The notes under the pieces are model-generated. The model saw only the letters and a list, made by a program, of their open reading frames with translations. It did not search any database and was not told the DNA's origin. From the human T2T-CHM13v2.0 reference genome, Homo sapiens: a stretch of 64,000 bases of DNA. Below, piece after piece: positions 63,985-64,000 of this stretch; the stretch's first letter is position 1, and each line of letters starts with the position of its first letter. The position numbers were made by a program, and so were the translations under genes. Where the stretch lies: assembly GCF_009914755.1 (NCBI RefSeq), contig NC_060934.1. One strand, given 5' to 3'.

Positions 63985-64000
63985 CTAGAAGGATGAACAG

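Overview
This is human (primate) genomic DNA containing the complete HHEX (PRH/HEX) homeobox gene on the + strand: 4 coding exons, 11634-16415, 270 aa, polyA signal at 17262. It includes about 11 kb of upstream and 47 kb of gene-free downstream DNA. From memory, this is the chr10q23 IDE-KIF11-HHEX type-2-diabetes association region. The rest is repeat-rich: about 50 Alus, old L1M/L1PB, MIR/L2, a near-full-length Tigger1, MER30/MER20/MER5 hAT elements, MLT1/MER52 LTRs and an L1-mobilised Y1 RNA pseudogene, interspersed with CpG islands and repeat-free, motif-dense blocks that look like enhancers. I see no second protein-coding gene and no wholly new biological system. The best second-look items are: a fold-back template-switch scar in a tail-to-tail Alu palindrome (59.4-60.1 kb); a TATA plus splice-donor internal promoter in HHEX intron 1 that would yield a 98-aa truncated HHEX; an orphan CpG island at 21.1-21.6 kb with minus-strand promoter architecture; an apparently gene-converted Alu pair; a 218-nt pure pyrimidine (TCC)26(TTC)21 tract; a four-layer nested transposon; and a hAT target-site reuse event. 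Repeat subfamily names and SNP identities are from recognition/memory and need database confirmation.
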